In this document: piece after piece, positions 12,696-40,832 of the stretch
How positions within the stretch are numbered: position 1 is the stretch's first letter
How the letters are laid out: each line of letters starts with the position of its first letter
Origin: Azolla caroliniana
Taxonomy: Eukaryota; Plantae; Polypodiophyta
Assembly: GCA_043228905.1 (NCBI GenBank)
Contig: JBHGNT010000017.1
Coordinates: 4,402,001 to 4,466,000 of the forward strand
DNA: 64,000 bases
Direction of reading: 5' to 3'
Notes under the pieces: model-generated
Seen by the model: the letters and a program-made list of their open reading frames with translations, nothing else
Databases searched by the model: none
What the model was told of the DNA's origin: nothing
Position numbers and translations under genes: made by a program

Positions 12696-13329
12696 TCACG
12701 CACACTCACTCTTGTAATAGTGAACCACATAGAGTGTACATAATATTTCACACCAAATCATCATTGTGTTGGTTATAAGCATCACCATATATATATATGA
12801 CATCATGATATATGCACTGGTTTCTTTGGGATGAAGTTGCACTACAAGATCAAATGCATGTTTTCCAAGGTCAGCATTTCCATGTATACGACATGCACCG
12901 AGCAAACCCATCCAAAAAGACAAGTCACCCTCAAGTGGCATGATCTTCAACATGTTTATCACTTTACAAAAATCTTTGGCTCGTCCAAGAATATCCATCA
13001 TACAAGCATAATGCCTCAAGTTTGGTAGAGTACCAACATCTATATTGATGCATTTAAAATTGGTAGATGCTTTATCTACCATTCCGACATGGTTACAAAC
13101 AGAGTAATAAGAGATATGTTACATCTCTTCAAAAAACCCACAAATTTGCATCTCTTCAAAAAACTGCAATAATGAAATAAAACTACCTTCTCTAGCATAT
13201 CATGTAATATTTGTTGTCCATATAGCCACATTTGGATAGCATTTACCATACATACTCAAGAGTGTATTAGAAACAAACACATGCAAAACAAAACCTTTCC
13301 TCCAAGCTTTAGAATGCAATGCTCATCCG
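12696..13329 (-). pseudogene. PLS-class PPR gene fragment with E domain
   Basis: HYACMMDILGRA...WMGLLGACRIHGNADLGKHAF...SAYIMMSYIY; upstream frameshifted motif VFVSNTLLSMYGKC. Confidence 0.8.
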
Positions 13330-13434
13330 ATGTGTAAAGATATAGATTTAGTCGATATCGTGGAATTAAATGCAAGTGTGGAGGAAGAAGTCAAGGCAGT
13401 AGAAGCTCTCTCCCCTCTCCCTCCCTCTCCCTCT

Positions 13435-14225
13435 GAGACGGAATTGCTTCCCATCGAGATCATGACCATGGAAAGGGTTATTGATCATATGCTTAAGGTT
13501 CAAAAAAGTCCCTCACATCAACTTCCTAGAATTGCAGGGGAAGCAAACAAAAAGATCCAAAAGACGCATAAAAGCAAAATTTTGTGTTCTAGTTGGATGC
13601 AAGATATTGAAAAATGGTTTGGTAGATGGGATGCAAGACACTTGCTTCATGATGCATCATTAGATTCCTCAGTAAGTGAGGCCTTTTTGCAACGCCAATG
13701 TATCATGACATGGGACAAATGTGGAGACTCACGCTTCACACATTATACTACACATGTTGCACCTAACTACAAAACCATATTCTTCGTGGAATGAGAAAAC
13801 TGTACACATCGATACATGTTAGAGCCCATCCCGTTATCTGCCATTCGAACCATTGCTTCCATGCGACTTAGCTCACATGCATTGCGATGTGAGACGGAGC
13901 GTTGGGGCACAAGTGATGAGAGTGGCCAACACACTTTGCCCTAAACAAGTTTGAGAGTTTGGAGTATCACACTTTCATACAATGCTTTGCCTTTGATAAT
14001 ATTTGACCATGTTTTCCACATCTCTTCAACCAAGCCCAAACCTTGCATGAATTTCTCTCACAACCACAATGTACACTCTTGATTGCAACATTCATTGGTA
14101 AAGTTCTTGAACATTGAGAGTCGCTACTGACTTTCACACTTATCACGTGAAATGTAATATTCTTTGGTCTCATAGGTCATATTTGACCTCCGAAGACAAT
14201 AATATAATCTATCTATCTATCTATC
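13435..14225 (+). mobile_element. 5'-truncated non-LTR retrotransposon (LINE; RTE-X/L2-like C-terminus) with a microsatellite tail
   Basis: MRLSSHALRCETERW (RxSSHxLxxETGRW motif) near 13860-13905, followed by C..E.EYH...C residues; ends in (ATCT)n at 14207-14225. Confidence 0.65.
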
Positions 14226-14318
14226 CGAACAAGCGATGACTCAACTCTCAGGCTCTCTAGGAACTTTTAAGTTCTGTATTTTTATTCTCAAGAATCTAAC
14301 CAAATTATTAAATAACAT

Positions 14319-14478
14319 AACCGGCTTAATCGTTTGAGCCGGTTTGGCAGGGTTCAAGCCAAGCCAAACTGAGCTCAAACCGTTTAAGCAAGCTCAAGCC
14401 TGAGCCGAGCCGGTAAACCATTTAAAACCGGATTAACTAAACAGTTTCGGTTTGAGCTAAGCCGTTGCGAATTCCTAG
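14319..14478 (+). mobile_element. 3' remnant of a hAT-type MITE, same family as 37659-38398
   Basis: AAGCC/AACCG subterminal repeats ending GCCGTTGCGAATTCCTA (cf. GCCGTTGCCGATCCCTA). Confidence 0.6.
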
Positions 14479-14556
14479 TTCAGACCCCCCGTAGACCCAC
14501 TCGAGTAGCACATGCAAGATTATTTACATAACATATTTGGTGAACTTGACATGAAA
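14478..14556 (+). mobile_element. Decayed LTR 3' end and tRNA-Trp PBS
   Basis: GTTCAGACCCCCCGTAGACCCAC...TAACATATTTGGTGAACTTGACATGAAA resembles 45559-45639. Confidence 0.55.
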
Positions 14557-16090
14557 TATTTTTACCATGTTCGTAGTCCATATATTTTGTGCATAGATCA
14601 ACTTTCTCCCTTCTTCACCTCTACTAAGATTCACCCCCTTAAGGAATTTAATCTTACCAATTGAGCTATATGTATTCATTGGTTTAATCCTCACCCACTA
14701 GAGACTCCTGCTCGTAGTTCTTTGACCAACCTTAAACTAAGGTTTTAGAAGTTTTCCTCCTTTGCATATGCTATGTCATGATGTTGTCTCAAAAGTTCAA
14801 CAATGTTGAATGTTTAAGATGGTAAGAAAGCTGCTCCCAATTATTCCTCTTTGTCGTTTGGTGTTGATGCATTTAGAATAGCTTGATAGAATGTCTATGC
14901 AAATAGGTGCATGAATGCATCAAATCCACATATAGGTGTAACTTTTCCTATCTATTTGTGAGTGTTGGAGAAGTTGTGGAATTGTGTGCTTGTGATTGAA
15001 AGCCATGTTTGTGTATTTATGTGTGTGTATATATATGCATTTGGTGAAGAATCCACGAATATGTGTTTATTTTATATAAGTATTTGGGTATGAATGTGTA
15101 GCATGTGTGTGAAGGAGCACGGGTATTGTGGGTAGATATTGTGTTGTGGTTGAGTATGTGTACCTAGAAATTTTGTTTGGGGGGTGTAGACTCTAGGAAA
15201 TAAAGCTTTCAGAACTAAAGGGTAGATGACTTTAAAAAGGAGCAAAGGTATTATGGGCATATATTGAGTTGTGGCTAAGTATGTATGCGTAGAATTTTTG
15301 TTTGGGGGTTTAGGCAAGATGGGTAGTATATGTATGTGTGTGTGTTTATGATTCATAAGGAGGGTATTAGGGATATATAAGCTTAAGGTAGCAAGGGTAG
15401 TTTAGAAATAAAATGAATTGAGGCAAGAAGGGTAGTGTATGTGTATATGTGTTTTGATTTTCCTTAAGATGGGTATAGTGGGTATATAACGAGCTTAAGG
15501 GAGAAAGGGTAGTATAGAAATAAAATGAATTAAGAGGGGTAGTGTATGTGTATGTGTGTTGATTTACTTAATGTGTGAATCGGGCAATACGAACAAGTTG
15601 ATGTGAACCCCAGGTTCGATGCTACTTAGGTTCAAGAAGTGGGTAATTTCAATGTTGAAAAGCCTCATTCATGCATTCACAAGAGAACCACTTAGTTTAT
15701 TCCACAAGATAACGAGCATGTTCTCTCATGGAGAGCCTTGACGAAGGCTTCTTTCACATTGAACCTAGGCCTGGGAAGCGGGTAAGTAAAAAAGTTGAAG
15801 TGCTTGCTCACGCAATCACAAGAGATACACTTCATAGGTTCCACAAGAGAACGGTCATGGTTTATCATGTAGAGCCTTTATGGGGGATTTCTCTCACTAA
15901 ATTGTCCCAAAATGAACCTGGGAACCTATTTCTAAAACTGGACCAAGCCAAACACGACAATTATAACATAAACAAAAGTTCATTCATGTTTGCATGTTAT
16001 GTAAAAATCCCGACTTTTTAAAATGTATTGGGTGCATTCTTTTGCTTGTGACCCCAAATATTATGAAGTTCCCTCCCCCTCGTATTAACA

Positions 16091-16195
16091 AGGGAAAAGT
16101 ACCAGGATACCCCTGGAAGTTCGTCTATTTACCAGGATGCCCCTAGAAGTTCCAAATTTACCAAACTACCCCTATGTCCAAAAAATTACACTTTA
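16091..16195 (+). mobile_element. Possible Mutator-like (MULE) terminal repeat remnant
   Basis: GGGAAAAGTACC followed by three TACC...CCCCT..AAGTT units; no partner TIR found. Confidence 0.3.
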
Positions 16196-18339
16196 TAAAG
16201 TAATGATACCATTTTATTTGAACTCATTATTATTGTCTATCTACATTAATTCTCTAGTTTATTGGCCTAATATGAGATAACAACATTTTATGGATTAAAG
16301 GGCAATATATTATCTTTTTTTCTCTCTAAATTATAAAGTAACGTACATAAACTCCAATCTTAGGTGTGATGAATGCTATGTTCTATAATTCTCAACTAGA
16401 ATGTGAATGGTGACATCATATTGCATGATCAAATTCAGTTTATAAAGTTGAACAAGAGGTTAAATTTGCAAACTATATTCTTAGTTGGATGTGACATGAG
16501 GTTCACAAGTCACATATACACGTGACAAATTTAGGCCATTTACATAGAATAAAGTTCGCCTTTACACAAAAGTAGTCAATCTCCAACATGAGTTGATTGA
16601 AGCTAGGACAAGGAATAGAGATCAATTGGGAGAACCGATTGTTTCACTTAGTGGGATTAACAAAAGAAAATATATGGAGATAGTGCACTGTCACTTCTTT
16701 GCAAAAGGGAATCCGTAGTTGCATGCATTCTAGCATTTGTAGAATGCTTGTAAATATTCATTGAGTTGCACAACTCCACATTCAAACCTAATAATTGAAC
16801 CCATTAACTATCCCCACGTTGATAACGTCTCTTGCTCAATAGGCATACATTGATATATGTTTTATTTTGTTTACCTATGTCTACGATCTGATTTTATAGC
16901 TAGACCCAATGTAATGGGAAAACATATAACCAAAAAGTTAGGTGTAATTGTTCAAATACTAGTTAAGAATATTAAATCTTGACACATAACTTTAAACAAT
17001 AAAGGTCCAGACCATTACATGAGAATCCGAGTTTTATTTAATGAGAAAATCATTGAAATCTAAATGCTTTTATACATTGAGTAATTTTAATGGCACTTTA
17101 CTTGAATTTATTACTGTTGTTGATTTACATTTGTTCTCTTGTTTATTGGTTTAATATCAAAGTGTCAAAATCTGATGAGTAAAAGGGTCACACAACATGC
17201 GATATTATCCCTTTTCCTTACATTTTAAAGTATTTGTTCATGCCTTAATATAAAATGTGATTTCACCTCCTCATCAATTTTAGTTAAATAATTGCTCAAA
17301 TAGAATCTAAATGATGATATCAAATCACATGATCAATTTCAGTTTGTATAAGTTGAAGAATGGGTAAAAAAGGATGCTTTGACTTTATGATTAATTGGAT
17401 GCGACTTGAGCTTCACATCTCAAACGTATTGATTGACATTTGATAAATAAGGCCATTTCTATAGAATATAGTTCACCAATCACAATGGTAAAGTATTTGT
17501 ATATTGAAGGGCATCGCCTTAGATATGGGTAGCTTCTTACATTAAGTTAGGCCACAAGGCATTGTAAGTAGGCTCATCTTCTTTTACTTGATCGGAGGAA
17601 GACTCCCCCCGATGTGTGTATAAGTCTCCTTGTAGACTCTCTATGTAATAATCCTTCCTAACTAATGGGAAAGTAGCTTCATTTTGGAAAATAAAATAAA
17701 AAACATTGTCGTTTCATGAGTACCGGTTAACATTACTTACAATAGGTAGGTAGGTGTCATATGTTGCATGAAGTTCAACTTCTCGACTAGTATATTATAA
17801 TTTATACCATTTAGATTTCTATGCACTTATAGCAAACCTTTATTTAGAGATTATTAGATAAGAGGATTTATGTTTTCATGCACTTGCTTCATCTCTTCGA
17901 GAAATTTATTTTACCTAGTACTAGTTGTCCATATACCCGACTGATTTACTACTATATGATTGGTTTATAGCTAGATTTTATTTTAGGGTTTACATTATAA
18001 GTTGGAAAATGTGGCCACCTTTTTTGAATTTTAGTAAGATATGACAATTGCATAATCTAGAGAACTTCAAAACATCATTACCTGTTATAATTTGTCTTTC
18101 ATCTATTATTTACTTCACCTTTCATGCAAGGGAACAATCAAGGTTCCTCGTCAACTTTATATTGTGAAATGCACATAAAGAGAATCCCAACTAGTCTGCC
18201 TTGCTTCTTACTCTTTGCTCAATTTATAGTTGATACATAGGTACCTATTTGGGTTGCCTTGTCTACATCCGTGCTAAAAGGGTGGCACAAAGGAACTAAT
18301 GGACACTACGGTATTTATTGTGGTGAACTTTACAATTAA

Positions 18340-19080
18340 TTAATATTGAAGTGAGTATCAACAATGCACATCAAGATATTTATTAATATGATTATACTCG
18401 CCGAGGTTTCATGTATCCAATCACCAGTGGTTTTATCAAAACACTTGGATATCAATTAATATTTGAGAACATAATAGTTTAATCGACATATACGAATATA
18501 TTGTAACGAAAAACAACACATAGTCTTATAATTGTGGCCTAGATGCTTTTATTCTTCATGAAAGTTCCTATTGAACTTGGTGTTTTATATGGGAAACTTC
18601 AATCCTATAAGATTGAAGTGAGGACGCATCAAGATAACTATCAATGCCATTATACTCTACATTGGGTGGGATCCCATGAAAGCTATGGTTTTATCAAAAC
18701 ACATACAATGACTTGGAGGTTAAGTAATATATGAGAGAACAATAGCTTAAAAGAAGTCTATAAATATATTTTAACAAAAAAAATGTTGCCACGTACTCCT
18801 ATATCTGTGGACAATATGCTTTTATGCTTTGTAAAAGTTCCTATTGAATTTGCTGTTTTTTTAATAGCAAACTTCAAAATTATAAGATTGAAGTGCCAAT
18901 ACGCATCAAGACAATGATCGATGCCATTATACTCAATGGAATTTCATGGAGATGGTTTTATCAAAACACATATAATATGACTTGGAGATTAAGCATATTT
19001 TGACACAATACAAGCGTGGAAGACTTCAACAACAGTATTTTAATATAAAAACAACACTTGTAGCCTTATAGTTAATGTCC
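18340..19080. repeat. Diverged ~260-280 bp tandem repeat, about 3 copies
   Basis: CATCAAGA...ATTATACTC...GGTTTTATCAAAACAC recurs near 18370, 18628 and 18904. Confidence 0.7.
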
Positions 19081-19732
19081 ACCCAACCTTTTATCAAAGC
19101 CATTGTCTCCGCAACCTTGGCCTTTCATTTTTTATATATTTGGTTTACGATGCATTATCATGCCTTAACCTCCACAACTTTTAGTATTTTAATGTAAAAT
19201 CTAAATATTTTCAATTTATTCTTGCCCACGCAATTTTTGGAGAAGATTTCTTGTATCGAAAGTTTTATTGACAAGCTAGACATTAGACAACTAATGAGGT
19301 AGCCATCGAAAAAAGATTGAATTTGTTTTTTTAACACACATGCCAATCATTCTATAAACTATGTCAAACGATTCATTAATTTTCCCTCTCATATCTTATT
19401 ATAAAAGAAAAGTTCAAAAAAAGTTTCACAACAACGACTCCTCACTCAGCCCCAACATCTACACTATGTGGCAATAAACAATGCACTTTTACAATAACAT
19501 TATACTTAAAGAGGTTATGGTTGCTATCTCTTACTTAATATTATTTGAAAACATTTCAAATTTGGTAATTCTCACAAATGCAGAAACGGCCACGTTACAA
19601 ACCTAATATGGCACTACCATTTGTTGGAGCAAAGTAAATCAACAATTAGAATAACAATCCATACTTATTGATTGGAGGGATATGCACATCATTTTCCGCA
19701 TGTTGGTATAATGCGCATATGTAACCTAATAT

Positions 19733-20085
19733 CATTGTTATAGAATACTTAGCATACACTAGGCGTACAATATGTATGCTAAGTATTCTACCTTTTGTTT
19801 TAAATACTTAGAATATGTGTACGCTACTTTAAATACGTAAAATACGAGTAAAACACATTAAATACTTCTTAAAATTTAAAGGTTCTTTTTTTCAAAACCA
19901 ATAATTTTTAATTTTTTTGAACTTTTTGAAATGTTAAATACGTGGAATACGTCAAATTGTTAGAATATGTAGAATATGTGAAAATGTGAAAAACGGTAGT
20001 TCTAAAATGTAGAATACATCTAGAATACTTTAGTGTATTCTAAAACATATTCTACGCGTAGAATACCCGTTCTTTAACAATTATG
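19733..20085. mobile_element. hAT-type MITE
   Basis: 8-bp TSD CCTAATAT (19725-19732 and 20086-20093); imperfect TIRs CATTGTTATAGAA / TTCTTTAACAATTATG; internal AGAATAC repeats. Confidence 0.75.
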
Positions 20086-21189
20086 CCTAATATCAATTTC
20101 AAAGATAGGTGGCAAGCCTTTTTGTGTAGGATCCGAGGAAAATTACAATGTTCCACAAGTTGATATGACTAGTAGTGTACATATCCTTGATATGGTTTCG
20201 AGCATGTGTATGAAATGTTTGGAAAGGCTACTAATTTCTTAATAATAAATTGCGACTATTTTGTCATCCGTGAATATGAGACCATATACTAGCATAGATT
20301 ACAATATTTTAATGATGAGCAAAAGAATATGAGATCAAGGAGAATAATGGGTTAAGAATGCTTAACCGTGGAGACCACACATAAGCAAAGGACATGAGAT
20401 AAACATAAAATGCCATTTGTGTCCCATACCACTAAATATTACCTTATGTTATATCGTGGTTATTGAATAATGAATCTAACGAAGAGAGCTTCTTCTCAAC
20501 AATAGAGTCTTGACAACACCACATATCATAGGTCCTTATGGGTTTGTTGTAGTTCTTAGGATAATCGGTTTGCCAGCTATCCTACCCTTAATCCATTAAA
20601 ATTAGCTATAGAATTGGTCCATATGGGTTATGCCTATACAATGTACTAAAGAATAAAAGGACTTGACAAATAAAATCCAACTCGATAAAGAACATTATGG
20701 ATCGGATGATTCATATGATTAAAGAACACAACCCAATACATGTGAATGCACAATAGGATTCAAATAAAATCCGGGTCGATAAAAGAGTAATATGAATAGG
20801 ATGATGCACACGAGATAAAAAAGCAACACAATACACGTTCGTTCACAAATAGAACTCAAATAGCGTTCAGGTTAGTGAGGAGCAATATGGATGTGACTGA
20901 TCCATATGATAGATATTGAATTAAGTCACGCATTGCACAATAAAGAACAAATAATTTAACTTAAATAATAGAGAACAAATTGGACATGACAATTGACAAT
21001 CAAAGATTTGAGACAAGAAAGCAACCCATTATGTGATAGAGCACAAGTAGGACTCAAATATAATATAAGTAAAAAGGAAAAAAGGATGGGACAATCCTCA
21101 TGAGTCACGACCTAGAAAGAAAGCAACAAAATTATTACATGTAATAAAAGCACGATCTAATGATTCGAATAAAAATGCGGGGTTGACAA

Positions 21190-21540
21190 AGAGCAGTATG
21201 GATGCGACCGATGATACGTAGGAACTATTTGGGGATCGGATGATAAGGAATGATTTGGGAATTGGTTGGTAAAGAACAGTATGGATCGGGCGGACGATAA
21301 GGAACGACTTGGATTCAATTTGGCCGATAAAGAGCAATCTGGTATTTGGACGATAAGGAATGATTTGGGGATCGGGCGGTAAAGAGTGGTATGGATCGAT
21401 TTGGAAAGAGCGGTATGGATTGGATGATAAGGAACGATTTGGGGATCGGACGATAAAGGAATGATTTGGGGATTGGACGGTAAAAGAGCGATTTTTGGAT
21501 CGGTCGATAAAGAACGATTTTTGGATCGGGAAGAATAAGG
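21190..21540. repeat. Minisatellite of ~22-30 bp units (GGATCGGACGATAAGGAATGATTTGGG)
   Basis: More than 10 imperfect units; more decayed copies at 20680-21060. Confidence 0.8.
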
Positions 21541-21655
21541 CAGGAAGTGTCGTGAGAGTGCATCCTTATATGACCTCAGATTCATCATAATGTTAAAAGA
21601 TCATTCATGAAATCATGTATGATGTAATGATCATTCATGAGAACATCATTGACTT

Positions 21656-21860
21656 ATGTATGTATGTATGTATGTATGTATGTATGTATGTATGTCCACA
21701 TGGTCAAATGCACATACATAGCACACACACACATATACATATGTACATACATATATGTACATATACACATACATATACATATACACATACACATACATAT
21801 ACATATACATATACATACGTATATATACGTGTATATATATATATACGTGCATGCATGTAT
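21656..21860. repeat. Compound microsatellite (TATG)n/(CATATA)n
   Basis: Seen directly in the sequence. Confidence 0.95.
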
Positions 21861-22019
21861 GCTATGTGAAGTGTGCAGATAATCCTGATGATGAAATGAT
21901 GAAGTCCAGAACCATCAGAAACTTTTAATCCCAACCCTAATATTCTGGCTATTGTTGCTGTTATATTTTTTTATATTTTTCTTGTATGACAATATTATGA
22001 GCGCATTCATCGAGATTCG

Positions 22020-22290
22020 AAATGTACTAAACATCATTAACCAGTGATTTATTAGGAGCAATTGATAAGAACATCAGAAGATCTTGGTAATTAATATACT
22101 AATCGTCATTAACAAGGGATTATGTATCAGCAATTGATAAGAACATCAGAAAATCTTGGTAATTAATATAATATATAAGAGGAGCTCATTCATCAAAATG
22201 TACTAATCATCATTAACAAGTGATTTATTTATCAGCAATTGATAAGAACATCAGAAAATCTGGGTAATTAGTATATATAAGAAGAGCTCA
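22020..22290 (+). repeat. Triplicated unit immediately upstream of the ABCC start codon
   Basis: GCAATTGATAAGAACATCAGAA..TCT.GGTAATTA at ~22058, 22130 and 22234. Confidence 0.8.
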
Positions 22291-22308
22291 GTACATAGAT
22301 AGGAAGAT

Positions 22309-36814
<14,506 letters not shown>

Positions 36815-37658
36815 AGCAATTTAGAGGCCTAATCAAAATTAAATGTTATATAAAAAGGTTTAACACTAGAATGAATGGTGATATGCACAATGAATTTCAA
36901 TCGTTATCTTCAGACATGAAGCCTAACATTTGGATCAAATAGTTTAATAATAAAATTTTATCTAAAGATTACAACTTCAAGATAAACAACAACACATATT
37001 AAATGCTCCCTTTAAAAGCTGTACAATGTCAAACATCACAATTGAATATTTCTTCAAATCAAGCATTGAGCATTGAAACATAATAGAGAATATTACCAAT
37101 ATGTTATTGTTGTCGACAAGACTACTTTTCATGATGTACCATAGCATGGTATATACTTGAACATCAGCATTTATTGACACACACCATTCATTTGGTTAAA
37201 CTGTTAGATCTCTAATGATCTAACTCGGGTATGTATAATGACCCTTCTCGTTCAAAAATATTATTGATCGATGCTTGCTTACATAAGCTTTTTGAGTGCT
37301 AAAATGACCATCAACAAAGATAACACCTACATATCTACATATTGCTACGTCGAAGTGTACAATTCTTAGATTTCCTTACCAAGAGTTATGTCTTATTCGA
37401 ATGTTCTTCATGAGAACCACCTCAAGCTCAAAGTGGTGTACCACTGTCTACTCTTTTGTTGGTGAGAGAGAGTATCGATGGCTCAAGCTACTAATGCATA
37501 GGCTAACTACCAAAGAAAATGTTCGGCAAGTACCCTATGACTTAATCACTTATACAAGATTAATTAGATAGCTTAAAGACTTCACCACAACCAGGAGATG
37601 CACAAAGAGAAACCACCATCATATCTTAGCTTCTATTCATCCATGCATAAGATAGTAC

Positions 37659-38145
37659 TAGGGATCAACAACGGTTTGGTTTAGGCTTAGCCGGTTTGGC
37701 CTGATCCAAGCCAAACCGGCTAAGCCTAAACCGTTTACGGGATCTCAAACCTGAGCCGAGCCGGTTTGTGAACCGGCTTGGAAACCGGTTTAGAAAGCTC
37801 CCTCTCTCTCTCTCTCTCTCCCTACCTCCTCCTCTCTCTCAGATGATCCACTATATAGTATATAGTATATAGTATATAGTATATATTGTACAAGCTCTCC
37901 CTCCCACTCTCTCTCACGTCTGTGGACTTGACTCTCTCCTCGTCTGTGTAGTTCTCCCTCACTCACTCTCTCTCTCCTCGTCTGTGTAGTTCTCCCTCAC
38001 TCACTCTCTCTCTCCTCGTCTGTGTAGTTCTCCCTCACTCACTCTCTCTCTCCTCGTCTGTGTAGTTCTCCCTCACTCACTCTCTCTCTCCTCGTCTGTG
38101 TAGTTCTCCCTCACTCACTCTCTCTCTCTCCCATCGTATGTTTAG

Positions 38146-38181
<36 letters not shown>

Positions 38182-38398
38182 CTTGTCTGTTGTCTCTCTC
38201 CCCCTCTCTCTAAAGTTTATAAACGGCTTAAACGGTTTACCTGGCTTGAGCGGGTTTGGCGAGGCTCAAGCCAAGCCGAGCCGAGCTCAAACCGTTAAGG
38301 CAAGTTCAAGCCTAAACCGAGCCGCTAAGCCGCTAAGATGTTTTCAAGCCGGCTAAGCCAAACGGTTTAGACTTGAGCCGAGCCGTTGCCGATCCCTA
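37659..38398. mobile_element. hAT-family MITE with an internal 38-bp x5 tandem repeat
   Basis: TIRs TAGGGATCAACAACGG / CCGTTGCCGATCCCTA; perfect 8-bp TSD GATAGTAC; AAACCG/AAGCC subterminal motifs. Confidence 0.9.
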
Positions 38399-40335
38399 GA
38401 TAGTACATGCTTTAATGAGTACAATGATTAGGCTTAATACATATAGGTGGGGAAGAGCCTTTACAAATGACTTATGGTTTCGCCTTCATTGTTCTTTCTT
38501 ATTTACCTTGGGCGGTTACCTTTTAGTGAGGACAAAACCAAGGATTAGTTTTTCAATCTGGATGATGCTCACACTGTTCACTATTGATGTTTTTATAACA
38601 AGTTCAGCCTTCTCCATGCCCTTGTCACTTCAACCAAACCCAAAGACTTCTTGCATTTCTATGAAGCTATTGTATTACCATTTGGCTTAAAGCTCTCGAT
38701 ATCATTTTGTTCTATCCTTTTTCTTTCTTAGTATTACACTAAGTTTAATACCAATGTTATGATGTTTGCGGGTTCACTGTAGAGAGGGAGTAAAAGGGAT
38801 TGCTACACTTGTTTACTTGAAGATTTCCAAGGTCTTATTGTGAATTTTCAATATAGCTTTGGAGATAGAGATAGTGTGAGAAAAACAATCAACAAGATTT
38901 GGTTGTTATGATAAGGAGATCACCCTTTCTTAATGTACACAATAGATTTTCTTCTTTTGGGGCTATCATAATCCCATGTCAATGAAGAGGCATTAATCAA
39001 TGAATTTGTTATGGGCTACAAAGTGAACATCAAAATAATTTCTTCGTACACAAAGATCTCAAAACCCTTATAGATAACATGTAGTATGATGCGATAATGA
39101 GTCTTTGAATGATGTTCTAGGTGCTACTAAACAATGCATTCCATATTGGACCCTACCTATGCTTTATGTCATGTGTCCCACCTTCAATACCTTCGCAAGT
39201 GAAAGTCCCCAATTCTATTTCTATGGATAGTCCCACACTAATGGAGATCAAGGTGGCACATTCCTTTCTATAACTGAGAAAAGTAGTGTCTTTGTAACTT
39301 TTATTATAGTGACTGGGAAAATGGAAAAAAAATTGTGTTAATCAAGTGCTTGTGATAAACGTGATCCAATAAAGAATTCCTCATTGCTAGATAACGCCAA
39401 GGCTTTAACTTTAACAACGAATGCGTAGTAGTTATGAAGTTTGCAGATTCAATGACAAGTTCAAAGTGAGACAACCATGAATCCCTAGGGGCGGGCAGAC
39501 CATGGCCACTACAGAAGATATGAATGCCCTCTTACACCGATGCGATACACAATTCTACAACTTGTTCAAGGTGTTTGCAATGTGCTAACCACTATTATAG
39601 AACACGACAAATTAACGATGTAAAAACATATCCCTAGTTGTGCCGTTGTGTAATGTAGTTAACGACACAATGCCTCTACATCATAATGCGATGTTTAATG
39701 AAGCATCACATAATGATGCCCTACAATGGCTAGAAAAAAATATAAATAGGAAAGCTCTCTTCAGTTTGATTCTCTCTTGTTATTGAAGTTCTCTCTCTCT
39801 CTCTCTCTCTCTCTCCTAGCTTGTTTGTGGTCTTTGTCCCTACCTGACGTTGATGCCCACATTCTCCATTTTGCTCAAATTATGAGAAATTCGCTCTTGA
39901 CATTTTTCCAGCTCTATGGCTCACACTCTTCCACCCGCGCGCACTCATTCAGAGTGAAAATGTTGGGTAAGCTAACAAAATTTGTTGAAATAAAAATTCC
40001 ATTAATAATCGTCATGAATTAAAAATAGTCATAAATGGGAAAAAAATGGAGATGATCTCCACTAATTTGACTATTCCTCATCACTATCTAATAAAGGATG
40101 ATCATTCTCTTCTCGTAAGTGTTCCCCTTGATCCTTGGATGGATCTAGAAAACTCTAGCCGATCCGTTTGTCTCGTTTGACCTGGGAAACATCTTCAACT
40201 CCATTACTTTCGTGAAATTTAAAAATATAGGAGTTAAAATTTTAATTCGAAAAAGTCTAAAATCATAGCTATTATGCTATTTTTTGCTCATCCATCGTAG
40301 GTGAGCACCCATTATATTTCATCTACAAAAAAACA

Positions 40336-40517
40336 TGAATTAGGACTACTTAAAAAGTTATAGTTTCACGAAGAAAATTGTGAAACACAAATTTACACTT
40401 CGGAAATGGGTTTTAAACCCTTTTATGAATTAGGACTACTTAAAAAGTTATAGTTTCACGAATAAAATCTTGAAACACAAATTTACACTTAGGAAATGGG
40501 TTTTAAACCCTTTTATG
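40336..40517. repeat. ~90-bp tandem duplication
   Basis: ATGAATTAGGACTACTTAAAAAG...AAACCCTTTT twice. Confidence 0.85.
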
Positions 40518-40832
40518 CCATGTGCACACAAACTGCACGAGGTTACTTATTTTTCCCAAAAAATGAGTTTCCTATTTTAGGACACAAAATCATTGAATTA
40601 GTGAAGTGTGAAACAAAGGATCTAGCATATAATGCATAAGAAACTAAAGTGGGTCACATCATAAAAAATTGAGCCATACCTTTTGTTGTGGGGATTGCAC
40701 ATTAAAATGCCTAGGTGGCCTTGTCAAGAGATGGTGGCCTTGTTATACCTTTTCCTAATTTCGCAATCCTCTTGTTACATAAGTGAAAACTAATGTTAGA
40801 TTGGTGCCGAAGACTCTTTTTTACTTTCAATA

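Noticed and set aside
21098-21934. ORFs over the minisatellite and microsatellites
   Set aside because: Low-complexity translations of repeats.
37939-38130. 38-bp repeats as a CRISPR array
   Set aside because: Units are head-to-tail with no unique spacers, lie inside a MITE, and there are no cas genes.
39507-39730. CACTACAGAA as a CACTA terminus
   Set aside because: No matching TAGTG end or 3-bp TSD found.
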